Shown here piece after piece: positions 16,397 through 23,586 of a stretch of 32,000 nucleotides of DNA (positions are counted from its first letter, which is position 1; each line of letters starts with the position of its first letter). The DNA is from Thermofilum pendens Hrk 5 (GTDB taxonomy: Archaea; Thermoproteota; Thermoprotei; Thermofilales; Thermofilaceae). The notes beneath the pieces are model-generated. The model did not search any database and was not told the origin of the DNA. It saw only the letters and a program-made list of their open reading frames with translations. The stretch lies in the NCBI RefSeq assembly GCF_000015225.1, contig NC_008698.1:480001-512000 (forward strand). Direction: 5' to 3'. A program made the translations under genes and the position numbers.

Positions 16397-16416
16397 ACCA
16401 GCAGGAAAAGGCGCCC
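16397..16416 (+). repeat. Solo copy of the cassette 3' trailer (ACCAGCAGGAAAAGGCGCCC)
   Basis: 20/20 identical to the minus-strand reading of 3027-3046, with no adjacent cassette ORF. Confidence 0.7.
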
Positions 16417-16476
16417 AACAGCTCCTTTGCACGCGCGAAGTACCTGTTCTACACGCACCAGGATCGCGAAAACATA

Positions 16477-16490
16477 AAAGTATATAAGCC
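16477..16490 (+). promoter_or_regulatory. TATA box/BRE candidate for the L10e gene
   Basis: AAAAGTATATAAGC lies about 45 nt upstream of ATG 16533. A GAGGTGA Shine-Dalgarno-like motif lies 9 nt before the ATG. Confidence 0.5.
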
Positions 16491-16532
16491 ATGTACTAGT
16501 GCTATGAGTAGCTTGGTAAGAGGTGAGTGTGA

Positions 16533-17039
16533 ATGCCTCTAAGACCCGGTAGGTGCTACAGGCACTTTGGTACTCCACCGTATACACGCCTTGAGTACAT
16601 AAAGAGCAACCCCCCAGTACTTATTCCGAAGTTTGATCTAGGCAACCCTAAGGGGAACTTCAACACTGTCCTCAAGCTCGTGGTTATGAGACCCGGGCAG
16701 ATAAGGGCTAACGCGCTCGAAGCTGCCAGGCAGCATGCCAACAAGTACCTAACGGCGAAGGTCGGGGAGGCAAACTTCTTCCTCAGAGTGGCGGTGTTTC
16801 CGCACCACATCCTCAGAGAAAACAAGATGATGGCCATGGCGGGCGCGGACAGGCTTCAGGACGGCATGAGGCTTTCCTTCGGAACCCCCGTTGGGCGCGC
16901 AGCCAGGGTGGAGGCGGGTCAGATCGTTATGCTCGTCAAGGTCGATGCTAAGAACATTGACCATGCGAAGGAGGCTTTGAGGAGGGCTGCCTCGAAGATA
17001 CCTCTTCCCAGCAGGATAATAGTGGAGCAGGCACAGTAG
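16533..17039 (+). CDS. rpl10e: Ribosomal protein uL16 (L10e)
   Basis: [28 protein letters not shown]... is the canonical L10e N-terminus. Length is 168 aa. Confidence 0.95.
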   Translation: MPLRPGRCYRHFGTPPYTRLEYIKSNPPVLIPKFDLGNPKGNFNTVLKLVVMRPGQIRANALEAARQHANKYLTAKVGEANFFLRVAVFPHHILRENKMMAMAGADRLQDGMRLSFGTPVGRAARVEAGQIVMLVKVDAKNIDHAKEALRRAASKIPLPSRIIVEQAQ

Positions 17040-17076
17040 GGGCGAGCTTCTTGTCTAGTGCCCGGGGTTCGGCGGG

Positions 17077-17784
17077 TTGCAGGAGGTTCATAGGAAGCGA
17101 ATAGAAGTAGCGATAAATGTATGGGGGGAAATTCTCGAGAAAACCTTTGAGAACAGGGAGCAACTGGTCTCCTACCTCGAGGCTGTGTACAGGGAGAATA
17201 GACTCGAGCCCATACGCGGGAAGACCCGTATAAACATCTATGATAAAGAGCTTGCCACGCTGTACCTCGTGGGCAAGTACGGTCTAGCACTGGAAGACGA
17301 GATTTCTAGCTTCTCCGACCTCTTCCACGTTGAGATAAAGGCGGACAAGGTTCTATCGAGGGTTCTCTCCGGCGAGGATCCGAGGAACGCCGTGGTTTCA
17401 GAGTTCGGTTCAACAGAGGAGGATAACGTCTTTAGGGTTTTACGCCTAGCAATGACCGCGGTAGTTCTGGGATTCATGGACGAAGAGACCTTCATCAGGG
17501 TGCTCGAGTCGTTTGAAAAAGCTTTCCCAGAGCTGGACCGCAACTTTACAAGTTTTAAGCGGTTCTACATAGCTTTCAGGCTAGCTGAGAAGATAGCGGC
17601 GGGAGAAATAAGGAATAGGCTGGAGAAAGAGGCCTATAAACATGCGCTGTGCGTAAAGCTGAACGCCGAGAAAGCGGCACCTCCGGACTCGTTTATACGT
17701 GACATAGCAGTGAATGCGCTTAAGGTGCCAGAGTTCAAGGTCAACAGCGCGTTGAGCCTACACGCGCACGAAAGAAGTTCTTGA
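17077..17784 (+). CDS. Conserved-looking hypothetical protein (235 aa, TTG start)
   Basis: ORF track. It is helical and has no signature I can name with confidence. Confidence 0.55.
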   Translation: MQEVHRKRIEVAINVWGEILEKTFENREQLVSYLEAVYRENRLEPIRGKTRINIYDKELATLYLVGKYGLALEDEISSFSDLFHVEIKADKVLSRVLSGEDPRNAVVSEFGSTEEDNVFRVLRLAMTAVVLGFMDEETFIRVLESFEKAFPELDRNFTSFKRFYIAFRLAEKIAAGEIRNRLEKEAYKHALCVKLNAEKAAPPDSFIRDIAVNALKVPEFKVNSALSLHAHERSS

Positions 17785-17791
17785 CGAATCG

Positions 17792-17805
17792 CTAAATATA
17801 TATAC
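17792..17805 (+). promoter_or_regulatory. TATA box candidate for the S26e-trmY pair
   Basis: CTAAATATATATAC lies about 40 nt upstream of ATG 17840. Confidence 0.5.
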
Positions 17806-17839
17806 TGTGGCACTATGAAGAGGACGGGTGCTGTGATTT

Positions 17840-18133
17840 ATGCCTAAGAAGAGGAAGAGCCGCGGGCGTCACAAGGGCGACAAGGGTAAGGAGGACCTGG
17901 TGCAGTGCGACGAATGTGGCGCCCTTATTCCGAGGTCGAAGGCTGTTAAAATCACCAAGCCAGTAATGCCCATTGATCCTCAGCTGGCAAAGGAGCTTAG
18001 AGATAAGGGAGCGATACTCCCGCAGTACACTGTTACGAAGTATCTTTGCCTTAGGTGCGCGATCCACCGTGGGATAATCAAGATTCGCCCAGAGGAGGAG
18101 AGAAAGTCCCAGAAAATCAACTTGCCGTTCTAA
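17840..18133 (+). CDS. rps26e: Ribosomal protein eS26 (S26e)
   Basis: MPKKRKSRGRHKG...VQCDECGALIPRSKAV...LCLRCAIHRGIIKIR: a zinc-ribbon S26e signature. Confidence 0.95.
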   Translation: MPKKRKSRGRHKGDKGKEDLVQCDECGALIPRSKAVKITKPVMPIDPQLAKELRDKGAILPQYTVTKYLCLRCAIHRGIIKIRPEEERKSQKINLPF

Positions 18134-18134
18134 G

Positions 18135-18767
18135 ATGTCTTTAGAGGTTTTAAGGGAGCTCGTTTTCAGAGAGAAGTTTAGCCGTGTATTCGTGGTTTTT
18201 TCAAACACGGCTGCCACGGCTCCTGTATTCACGGTGTCCACTTTAGCCACGCTTGGCGGCAGGATGGACGTCGTCGCGAGGTCCCTTATCAACGCTCTCT
18301 GGGATCTCGAGAGCCAGAGGTTCAACACGCTTCTCGTAGCTTTGCTGAACGGTCCACCGAATCCTCCGCTAGGCCTCTACGCGTGGAGGGTGCCCGCTGG
18401 TGGCAAGAGATCCGAGGGCTTTTTCGGTGGGCTAATACTCGAAGCCCTTTCCGGCAAGAAGGTAGATGGGCTACTCGTGGAGAAGGGCGCCCGGCTTGTA
18501 GACGTTGTATCGTTGCTCAAGGGGGCCGGCTACCCCGTATACCTGCTCGACGAGAACGGTCTTAGCTACGCCAACGTCAACCTCGAGGAGCCGGTAGCCT
18601 TTGTGCTAGGTGACCACATAGGGATACCCGCGGACCTTCTGCGCCAGGTAACAAGACTAGTAGACGGAGTGATAAGCATCGGGAGAACTCCCTACTTAAC
18701 GAGCCACTGCATCGCTTTCGTACACGAACTGCTTGACCGGTCGTCGCGTCTACGCCGCCACGCGTAG
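18135..18767 (+). CDS. trmY: tRNA (pseudouridine54-N1)-methyltransferase TrmY (SPOUT, DUF358)
   Basis: GGRMDVVARSLINAL, GPPNPP, PVAFVLGDHIGI and TSHCIAFVHELLD line up with M. jannaschii TrmY motifs (GRLDLLCRCV, GQPNPP, PVFIIGDHIGI, ANHCITIIHNVLD) as I recall them. Confidence 0.85.
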   Translation: MSLEVLRELVFREKFSRVFVVFSNTAATAPVFTVSTLATLGGRMDVVARSLINALWDLESQRFNTLLVALLNGPPNPPLGLYAWRVPAGGKRSEGFFGGLILEALSGKKVDGLLVEKGARLVDVVSLLKGAGYPVYLLDENGLSYANVNLEEPVAFVLGDHIGIPADLLRQVTRLVDGVISIGRTPYLTSHCIAFVHELLDRSSRLRRHA

Positions 18768-18823
18768 AAGCGCCCACGTTTACAAACCAGGGAAAAAGGA
18801 AGAAAGGAATAAAAAGGGGGTTT

Positions 18824-19040
18824 TTATGCCAGCCCTAGCCCTCTCAGCTCTTCGACGTCCTCCTCCAGCTCCCTTGCTAACTCCTCGTCTTCCTCGACTC
18901 TCGCCGGAGCGCTTCTCACGGAGGCTAGGAACTCCTCTATCGCGTCCAACGCCTCTACCAGCCTAGCCTCGTAGAGCCCGTCACCCTTAAGAGTGCTCGC
19001 CAAGAGCCTCGAGAGAGCGCCGATAGTCCTAACGATAACG
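18824..19040 (-). pseudogene. Small cassette protein, copy B: 5'-truncated, with no start codon
   Basis: The minus-strand translation ...RVIVRTIGALSRLLASTLKGDGLYEARLVEALDAIEEFLASVRSAPARVEEDEELARELEEDVEELRGLGLA* is about 80% identical to 4665-4895. The frame has no in-frame ATG/GTG/TTG upstream of the homologous region, and homology ends at the GCGCGCGCG tract near 19041-19049. Confidence 0.6.
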
Positions 19041-19247
19041 CGCGCGCGGGTTCTTTGACAACGACGGCGTTGAGGAGGTGTTTTTGTGGCTTTTGGACAA
19101 GTTGCCCAGCGTGAAACACTACACCTTCGAGTACAGCTTACCTCCGAACCTGCGCGCCTCTTTTGAGAAAATAGTGCACGAGATACTGCTCGCCTAAGTT
19201 AGAGTCCTAAACCCCCAGCCTGAAAAGTATCTTTTTTTGCCGCCCCC

Positions 19248-19336
19248 CTCTTTCCCCGGTCCCTCCCTCTACGCTGACCCCTGATCGCGCGCCCGAATAG
19301 GGCGCCCACCCCACCATTTAAGGAGGGGTGGTAGGT
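19248..19336 (+). promoter_or_regulatory. Conserved cassette leader, copy B
   Basis: CTCTTTCCCCGGTCCCTCCCTCTACGCTGACCCCTGATCGCGCGCCCGAATAGGGCGCCCACCCCACCATTTAAGGAGGGGTGGTAGGT followed by ATG. The palindrome GCGCCC-GAATA-GGGCGC is at 19289-19305. Confidence 0.75.
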
Positions 19337-20755
19337 ATGAATGAAGTAGTAATGAGGGGGGATGGAGCGGGGGAGGGGGTTGAAGAGTTCGACGAGTGGT
19401 TTATTCGCAGGAAGATCGAGGAGCTCCTGAGGAAGGCGCTGTTTCCGCCCAGCGGCTATAGGGGTCTAAAGGCTACGCACAGCAAGGTTGCACGGGAGCT
19501 AGCAGAAATAAAGGCCAACTATGTGCAATACGGCGAGGCCTACGTCGAGCACGTCGACAGGCTCAGGGAAGGCGAGGAGAAGGCCTACAGAGAGGCGGAG
19601 AAAGCGATGCAAGAAGCCTTAGAGCACGCAGACGAACTCGAAATCAAGAGAACAGGGAAGACGACGTGGAAGGCTAAGCTCCCAGGCAGGAGATGGAGGC
19701 TATACGTTTGCAGAACACCAACCGGGCACTGGCAGGTCGAGGTCGCCCTTCTCTTCAAGGTCGCCGAGCTCAGGCTATCCGATACATTAAGGCTTCCGCC
19801 TGAGCTACTCAGAGCGGCCCAGGATGGCTGGATTCTTGGCGATGCGTCGTACATCGCAAACAAGAAAGAAGTCAAGATGGGTACAGCGCAGACGTGGCAG
19901 GTTGCCTCCTTTCCCGGTTTCTGGCCGGGAAAGGAGGTAGTGATCTACGTTAGAAGCGTAGTGATCCACGAGTCTCACGTCAGCATAATGTGGCAAGTGA
20001 GAGTACACGGGGTTCGCGACGTGCCCCGATGGTGGAGGCTAAGGAAGGAGGAGAAGCGGAGGATGGCAGTCGCCGAGATTGAGGAGGCAAACAAGGGCAA
20101 TATAGATGAGCGAAGAGCCGTTCGGATCGCAACGTACTACGCCGCAGACGGAAAGTATCCAGGATCAAACTCGGCCCTCCATTATCTGGATTTCGCGGTT
20201 GGCCGAAGATCTCGCCGAGTTAGAACGGAGCAATCCGTCAGGGTTGCGAGGCTTCTCTACGAGAAAGTGCCGCAACTATTAGCATTCATGGTCGCGTCGG
20301 GTTGCAAGAAAGCAGAGTTCTTAGCGAGCCTGGCATCCGTGAAGCCGCGACACTACGCGCCTCGCTACCTGGAGGTGTGCGGTGTTAAAATGAACCTGCG
20401 GCTCGCAGGCCCTAAGAACCGCCGCTACCTTATGGCCCAAGTATACATCACGCGCAATAACGAGGAGATGCTTCGCGATTTCCCCGAGAGGGCGAGGCGC
20501 GAGGGTCTAGAAGTCAGAAGGGTGAAGGTGAGTAAGAGGTATTGGGGTTACCGTGCTGGCGAAAAATCGCTAATGAAGTATGCTGACCGATATCCGCACG
20601 TCTACGACACTTTGATCGAGTTTGTCCAAGAAGAACTTCAAGCAACGCCTCCCGACCACCCCGCCCGCCGAAGCATAGAGCGCCTCTTGGAACGCCTAAG
20701 GAAGGCGAAGGAGGAAGCGCTCAAAAAGCTGGGGCACCAAGACGCTAAAGCATGA
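19337..20755 (+). CDS. Large cassette protein, copy B (472 aa from ATG 19337); function unknown
   Basis: Roughly two-thirds identical by eye to copy C along its whole length. ATG 19337 aligns with the starts of copies A and C; the ORF-track GTG at 19328 lies inside the conserved leader. Confidence 0.85.
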   Translation: MNEVVMRGDGAGEGVEEFDEWFIRRKIEELLRKALFPPSGYRGLKATHSKVARELAEIKANYVQYGEAYVEHVDRLREGEEKAYREAEKAMQEALEHADELEIKRTGKTTWKAKLPGRRWRLYVCRTPTGHWQVEVALLFKVAELRLSDTLRLPPELLRAAQDGWILGDASYIANKKEVKMGTAQTWQVASFPGFWPGKEVVIYVRSVVIHESHVSIMWQVRVHGVRDVPRWWRLRKEEKRRMAVAEIEEANKGNIDERRAVRIATYYAADGKYPGSNSALHYLDFAVGRRSRRVRTEQSVRVARLLYEKVPQLLAFMVASGCKKAEFLASLASVKPRHYAPRYLEVCGVKMNLRLAGPKNRRYLMAQVYITRNNEEMLRDFPERARREGLEVRRVKVSKRYWGYRAGEKSLMKYADRYPHVYDTLIEFVQEELQATPPDHPARRSIERLLERLRKAKEEALKKLGHQDAKA

Positions 20756-20756
20756 A

Positions 20757-20787
20757 ACCAACAGGGAAAGGCGCCCGGCCCCCCTCC
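20757..20787 (+). repeat. Cassette 3' trailer element, copy B (ACCAACAGGGAAAGGCGCCCGGCCCCCCTCC)
   Basis: Starts 1 nt after the stop codon and matches copies A and C. Confidence 0.8.
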
Positions 20788-20825
20788 TCATTAAAGTACT
20801 CGTGAAGCTCGCGCGCTCGCGCCGG

Positions 20826-22685
20826 TCAAACCAGTAGCTCCTCCACACTTCTAACCACGGGCCTTGAGGCTGTCTCCGCGAGCACATCCGGGCCGACGCT
20901 GGATGCCGCGCGGTACACAAGCTTAACCCTCACGAGCTGTTCCACGCCGGTTGAAAGGCACTTCGGGCACCGCAAAGCCTTCGATACGAAAACGTGTCCG
21001 CACGCGGTGCAGTGGTACAGGCTTGTCTTCGTGAAGGTTACTGTCCTTAACCCTCTTTTCGCGTAGGCCTTCAGCACTACAAGCATGTCGGCCGGCGATA
21101 AACTGGTAAAGCGGATCTCGGGTACGCTCACGAGCCCGCCGCTACCGTGGAGCGCCGACTCTAGTTGCAAGATGCTCTTTGGGGTTCTTCCCGTCTTGGC
21201 GTTGTAAACAAAGGGGGATAAGTCGTTGACGTACTCGGGATACTTGGAGCGCCAGACTCTCGCCGTCGTCGCTAGGTGCGGACTGGGGGAGAAGTACGCG
21301 TGAACAGCGTGCACGTCACCCGGGCTCGCGGCTAGTCCTGCCAGCGTGGTTATAAACCCGGTAGCCCCCCGTACGAGTAGCTCCCTGTAGGTACTGCTAC
21401 CCAGAGCGTCGACGTACTCGGGCCGCTCCTGGAGAAGCGCGGCCTCGTAGCCTGCGTAGCAGAACTGGAAAGCGTAGCTAGCCTCGCTCAGCCTACCTCC
21501 AAGGACCCGCGTAAGCAAGGTTGTTCTCCTCTTAAGTTCGTTGATTAACCCGCCAGATTTCTCGAGAACCTTTTCGAGTAAAACCATGGGATCCTCTATG
21601 CCTGCCAGGCTTCTGTATAGGACTGGAAGCACGAACGTCGCGGCGCCGAGATGCACCCATGGCTTGCCCCCCGTTGGGACGGAGAAGAGTCCTCCCGAAA
21701 TAACTTGGTCTTGGAACGAGAAGACCAGTGGAAACCCGCTGTTAAACATCTTGGAAAAAAGCCTATAGTCCTCCTCTCCGAGAGAGTCCACGTCGCTAAT
21801 ACGTATCTGGAAAAGCGTACCCGGGGAGGGCAAGCTCCCCTCTAAGAAGCCGGAAAGAGCTTCTCGAGCATCCTCCCCGTAATCGAGGTAGAGTGTTAGA
21901 GAAACTCTATCCCCGAGAAGGCTCACAGCTGCAGATATAAGCTCTCTATCCGCGCTCGGCGATAACACGAGCTCGTCGTAGAGCCTGCTATACCTCGCCA
22001 GGAGTCTCAGATCTTCCATAGAGTCCACGCCGAGGTAGAGAGCCTTAACCCCCGTACTCCACTTCGCATCGAAGAGCAGTATTCCTCTCTCCAAGGGCTC
22101 CAGCAGCCCAACCCGAGCCAAAAGATCAACGTCTACCTTCTCCTTCCACGATGTGCTTTGCCCGGAGAACTCGATGCTCACCGGGACCTCTTCGCGTGTA
22201 CACCCCTTGGAGAAGGTTGCGCTGAGGACAGCCAGCTTCACAACGTGCTCTGGGATGTAGCTGTAGTGGCAGTGCTTCTCTATGAATGACAGGCTATCAA
22301 GCATGATGTTGTTTTTCAGCTTCCTGTGCGTTCCGGGTTTGCACAGTAAGTCTATGAGGGACGAGAGGTACTCTCTCAGCGGGATGGAAATGCCGCTCGC
22401 AAGGAGCACGGGGCGCTCCAGGTACTCGTTTGTTTCCAGTGAGAGAGCATCCACGATCTCCAAGACTCGTAGCCCGACGGTTGACAGCGTGTAGTAGTCG
22501 CCTTCCTGTACGACTATCCCGGCTTCTTTCAGTTGGCGGAGGTGGAAGGCTAGCTTCTCGGGGCTTACGTCGAGGTAAGATGCGAGGTCTCCGAATCTCA
22601 GCTTCCTCCTATCCCTGAGCAACCTCATTGCTTGAAGCCTTATTTCGTTCGATACTGCTTTAAGCAACCTGTAAACATGAACCAT
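20826..22685 (-). CDS. ArsR-type winged-helix protein with a large C-terminal domain ending in a CxxC...CxxC zinc ribbon; the tail resembles anaerobic ribonucleotide reductase (NrdD) without the radical glycine
   Basis: N-terminus: SNEIRLQAMRLLRDRRKLRFGDLASYLDVSPEKLAFHLRQLKEAGIV (ArsR/SmtB HTH). C-terminus: HGSGGLVSV...LVVLKAYAKRGLRTVTFTK...CTACGHVF...CPKCLS...VRVKLVY. Confidence 0.75.
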   Translation of the reverse strand: MVHVYRLLKAVSNEIRLQAMRLLRDRRKLRFGDLASYLDVSPEKLAFHLRQLKEAGIVVQEGDYYTLSTVGLRVLEIVDALSLETNEYLERPVLLASGISIPLREYLSSLIDLLCKPGTHRKLKNNIMLDSLSFIEKHCHYSYIPEHVVKLAVLSATFSKGCTREEVPVSIEFSGQSTSWKEKVDVDLLARVGLLEPLERGILLFDAKWSTGVKALYLGVDSMEDLRLLARYSRLYDELVLSPSADRELISAAVSLLGDRVSLTLYLDYGEDAREALSGFLEGSLPSPGTLFQIRISDVDSLGEEDYRLFSKMFNSGFPLVFSFQDQVISGGLFSVPTGGKPWVHLGAATFVLPVLYRSLAGIEDPMVLLEKVLEKSGGLINELKRRTTLLTRVLGGRLSEASYAFQFCYAGYEAALLQERPEYVDALGSSTYRELLVRGATGFITTLAGLAASPGDVHAVHAYFSPSPHLATTARVWRSKYPEYVNDLSPFVYNAKTGRTPKSILQLESALHGSGGLVSVPEIRFTSLSPADMLVVLKAYAKRGLRTVTFTKTSLYHCTACGHVFVSKALRCPKCLSTGVEQLVRVKLVYRAASSVGPDVLAETASRPVVRSVEELLV

Positions 22686-22826
22686 TACGAGAGGTAAAGC
22701 GATTGAGCGATTTATGCCTCACGCGGTTCTTGGAGTCGCGCAGTCATGTTAGAACAGTAATACCTTCTTCTAATCCTTCTTTAGTATCTGAAACTCGTTA
22801 GAATAGCGTGAAGCCCCAAGGTCTAC

Positions 22827-23198
22827 GTGGTGCAGGTCCCCGTATACAGGGATTACAACGAGTTCAGCGTGCGCGTAGTGCAGGCCTTGCTCGAGATGAT
22901 AAGGCATACCCGCGGTAGCATAATTACCTTCAACGCCAAAAAAGTCGCCGTGTTTGCAGGAATAGATACTCAACCGGTAGTACTGACTCTCGTGAAGGAC
23001 GTCTTGGAGAGGCTGAGGGAGAAGGATTACGTCGTCGTGCTTGGTAAAACAAAGCACGGAGTAAAGTACGCCGTAAAGAAGGATACTCCTCTCTGGGTTC
23101 TCGCGAAGAGCTACGAGAAAGTGGTTATAAGGAACCTGGAGGACTTGAACATGATCCTAGAGAAAGTTCAGCAAGCCCGGACAGCACTCAGAGTGTGA
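22827..23198 (+). CDS. Hypothetical small protein (123 aa, GTG start), possibly winged-helix-like
   Basis: ORF track. An antisense ORF at 22770-23057 competes with it. The plus-strand ORF is preferred because of its length and composition. Confidence 0.45.
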   Translation: MVQVPVYRDYNEFSVRVVQALLEMIRHTRGSIITFNAKKVAVFAGIDTQPVVLTLVKDVLERLREKDYVVVLGKTKHGVKYAVKKDTPLWVLAKSYEKVVIRNLEDLNMILEKVQQARTALRV

Positions 23199-23247
23199 AT
23201 ACAGCTTGAACGAAAAATTACTTTTTAAGTTGCGCCTCCTTCTCTAA

Positions 23248-23586
23248 TTGGTGGATGCGGAGACAGTTAGAGAAGTGTTGCTACTCGCCGAGTCTCTCGC
23301 GGCAAGGGAGGGGCTCGTGGCACCGAGCGTGGGGCAGGTAGTCGTATCCGGGGAGCCTCCGGGAAGCGGCATGGTGAAGGTTTACGAGGGAGTGTGGGTA
23401 GATCTGGTGTCCGAGAGTATCTACGTCGAGGAAGGCACATTGGACAACGTTGTTTTTAGGCTTCTCGTGGGCTACTTCGCGCTCTCAGTGTACAAGAGCT
23501 TCGGGAAGATACACTGGGAGGTTGCACGTGACCTAGCAAGGAAGCATTTCTTCACTGTCCTAGTGAAGCTGGTGCGCGCGCGATGA
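23248..23586 (+). CDS. Hypothetical protein (112 aa, GTG start)
   Basis: ORF track. Its stop overlaps the start of the next gene (ATGA at 23583-23586), suggesting co-translation with the THUMP methyltransferase. Confidence 0.5.
   Translation: MVDAETVREVLLLAESLAAREGLVAPSVGQVVVSGEPPGSGMVKVYEGVWVDLVSESIYVEEGTLDNVVFRLLVGYFALSVYKSFGKIHWEVARDLARKHFFTVLVKLVRAR

Noticed and set aside
16360-16587. A 75-aa minus-strand ORF spans the rpl10e promoter and start.
   Set aside because: It overlaps the rpl10e TATA box, Shine-Dalgarno motif and N-terminal codons in antisense, and there is no supporting signal.
19041-19049. Alternating GC tracts (GCGCGCGCG here, also near 2953, 3240, 23575, 26343 and 31815) as Z-DNA or repeat elements.
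   Set aside because: They are short and scattered through both coding and non-coding sequence, consistent with the compositional bias of this genome. Only the 19041 tract is notable, and that is as a homology breakpoint reported in the findings.
19337-20755. The large cassette ORF might be an IS transposase.
   Set aside because: I can see no DDE/DEDD, HUH or serine/tyrosine recombinase motifs. The unit ends are not terminal inverted repeats: the leader and trailer share only a short GGCGCCC core in direct orientation.
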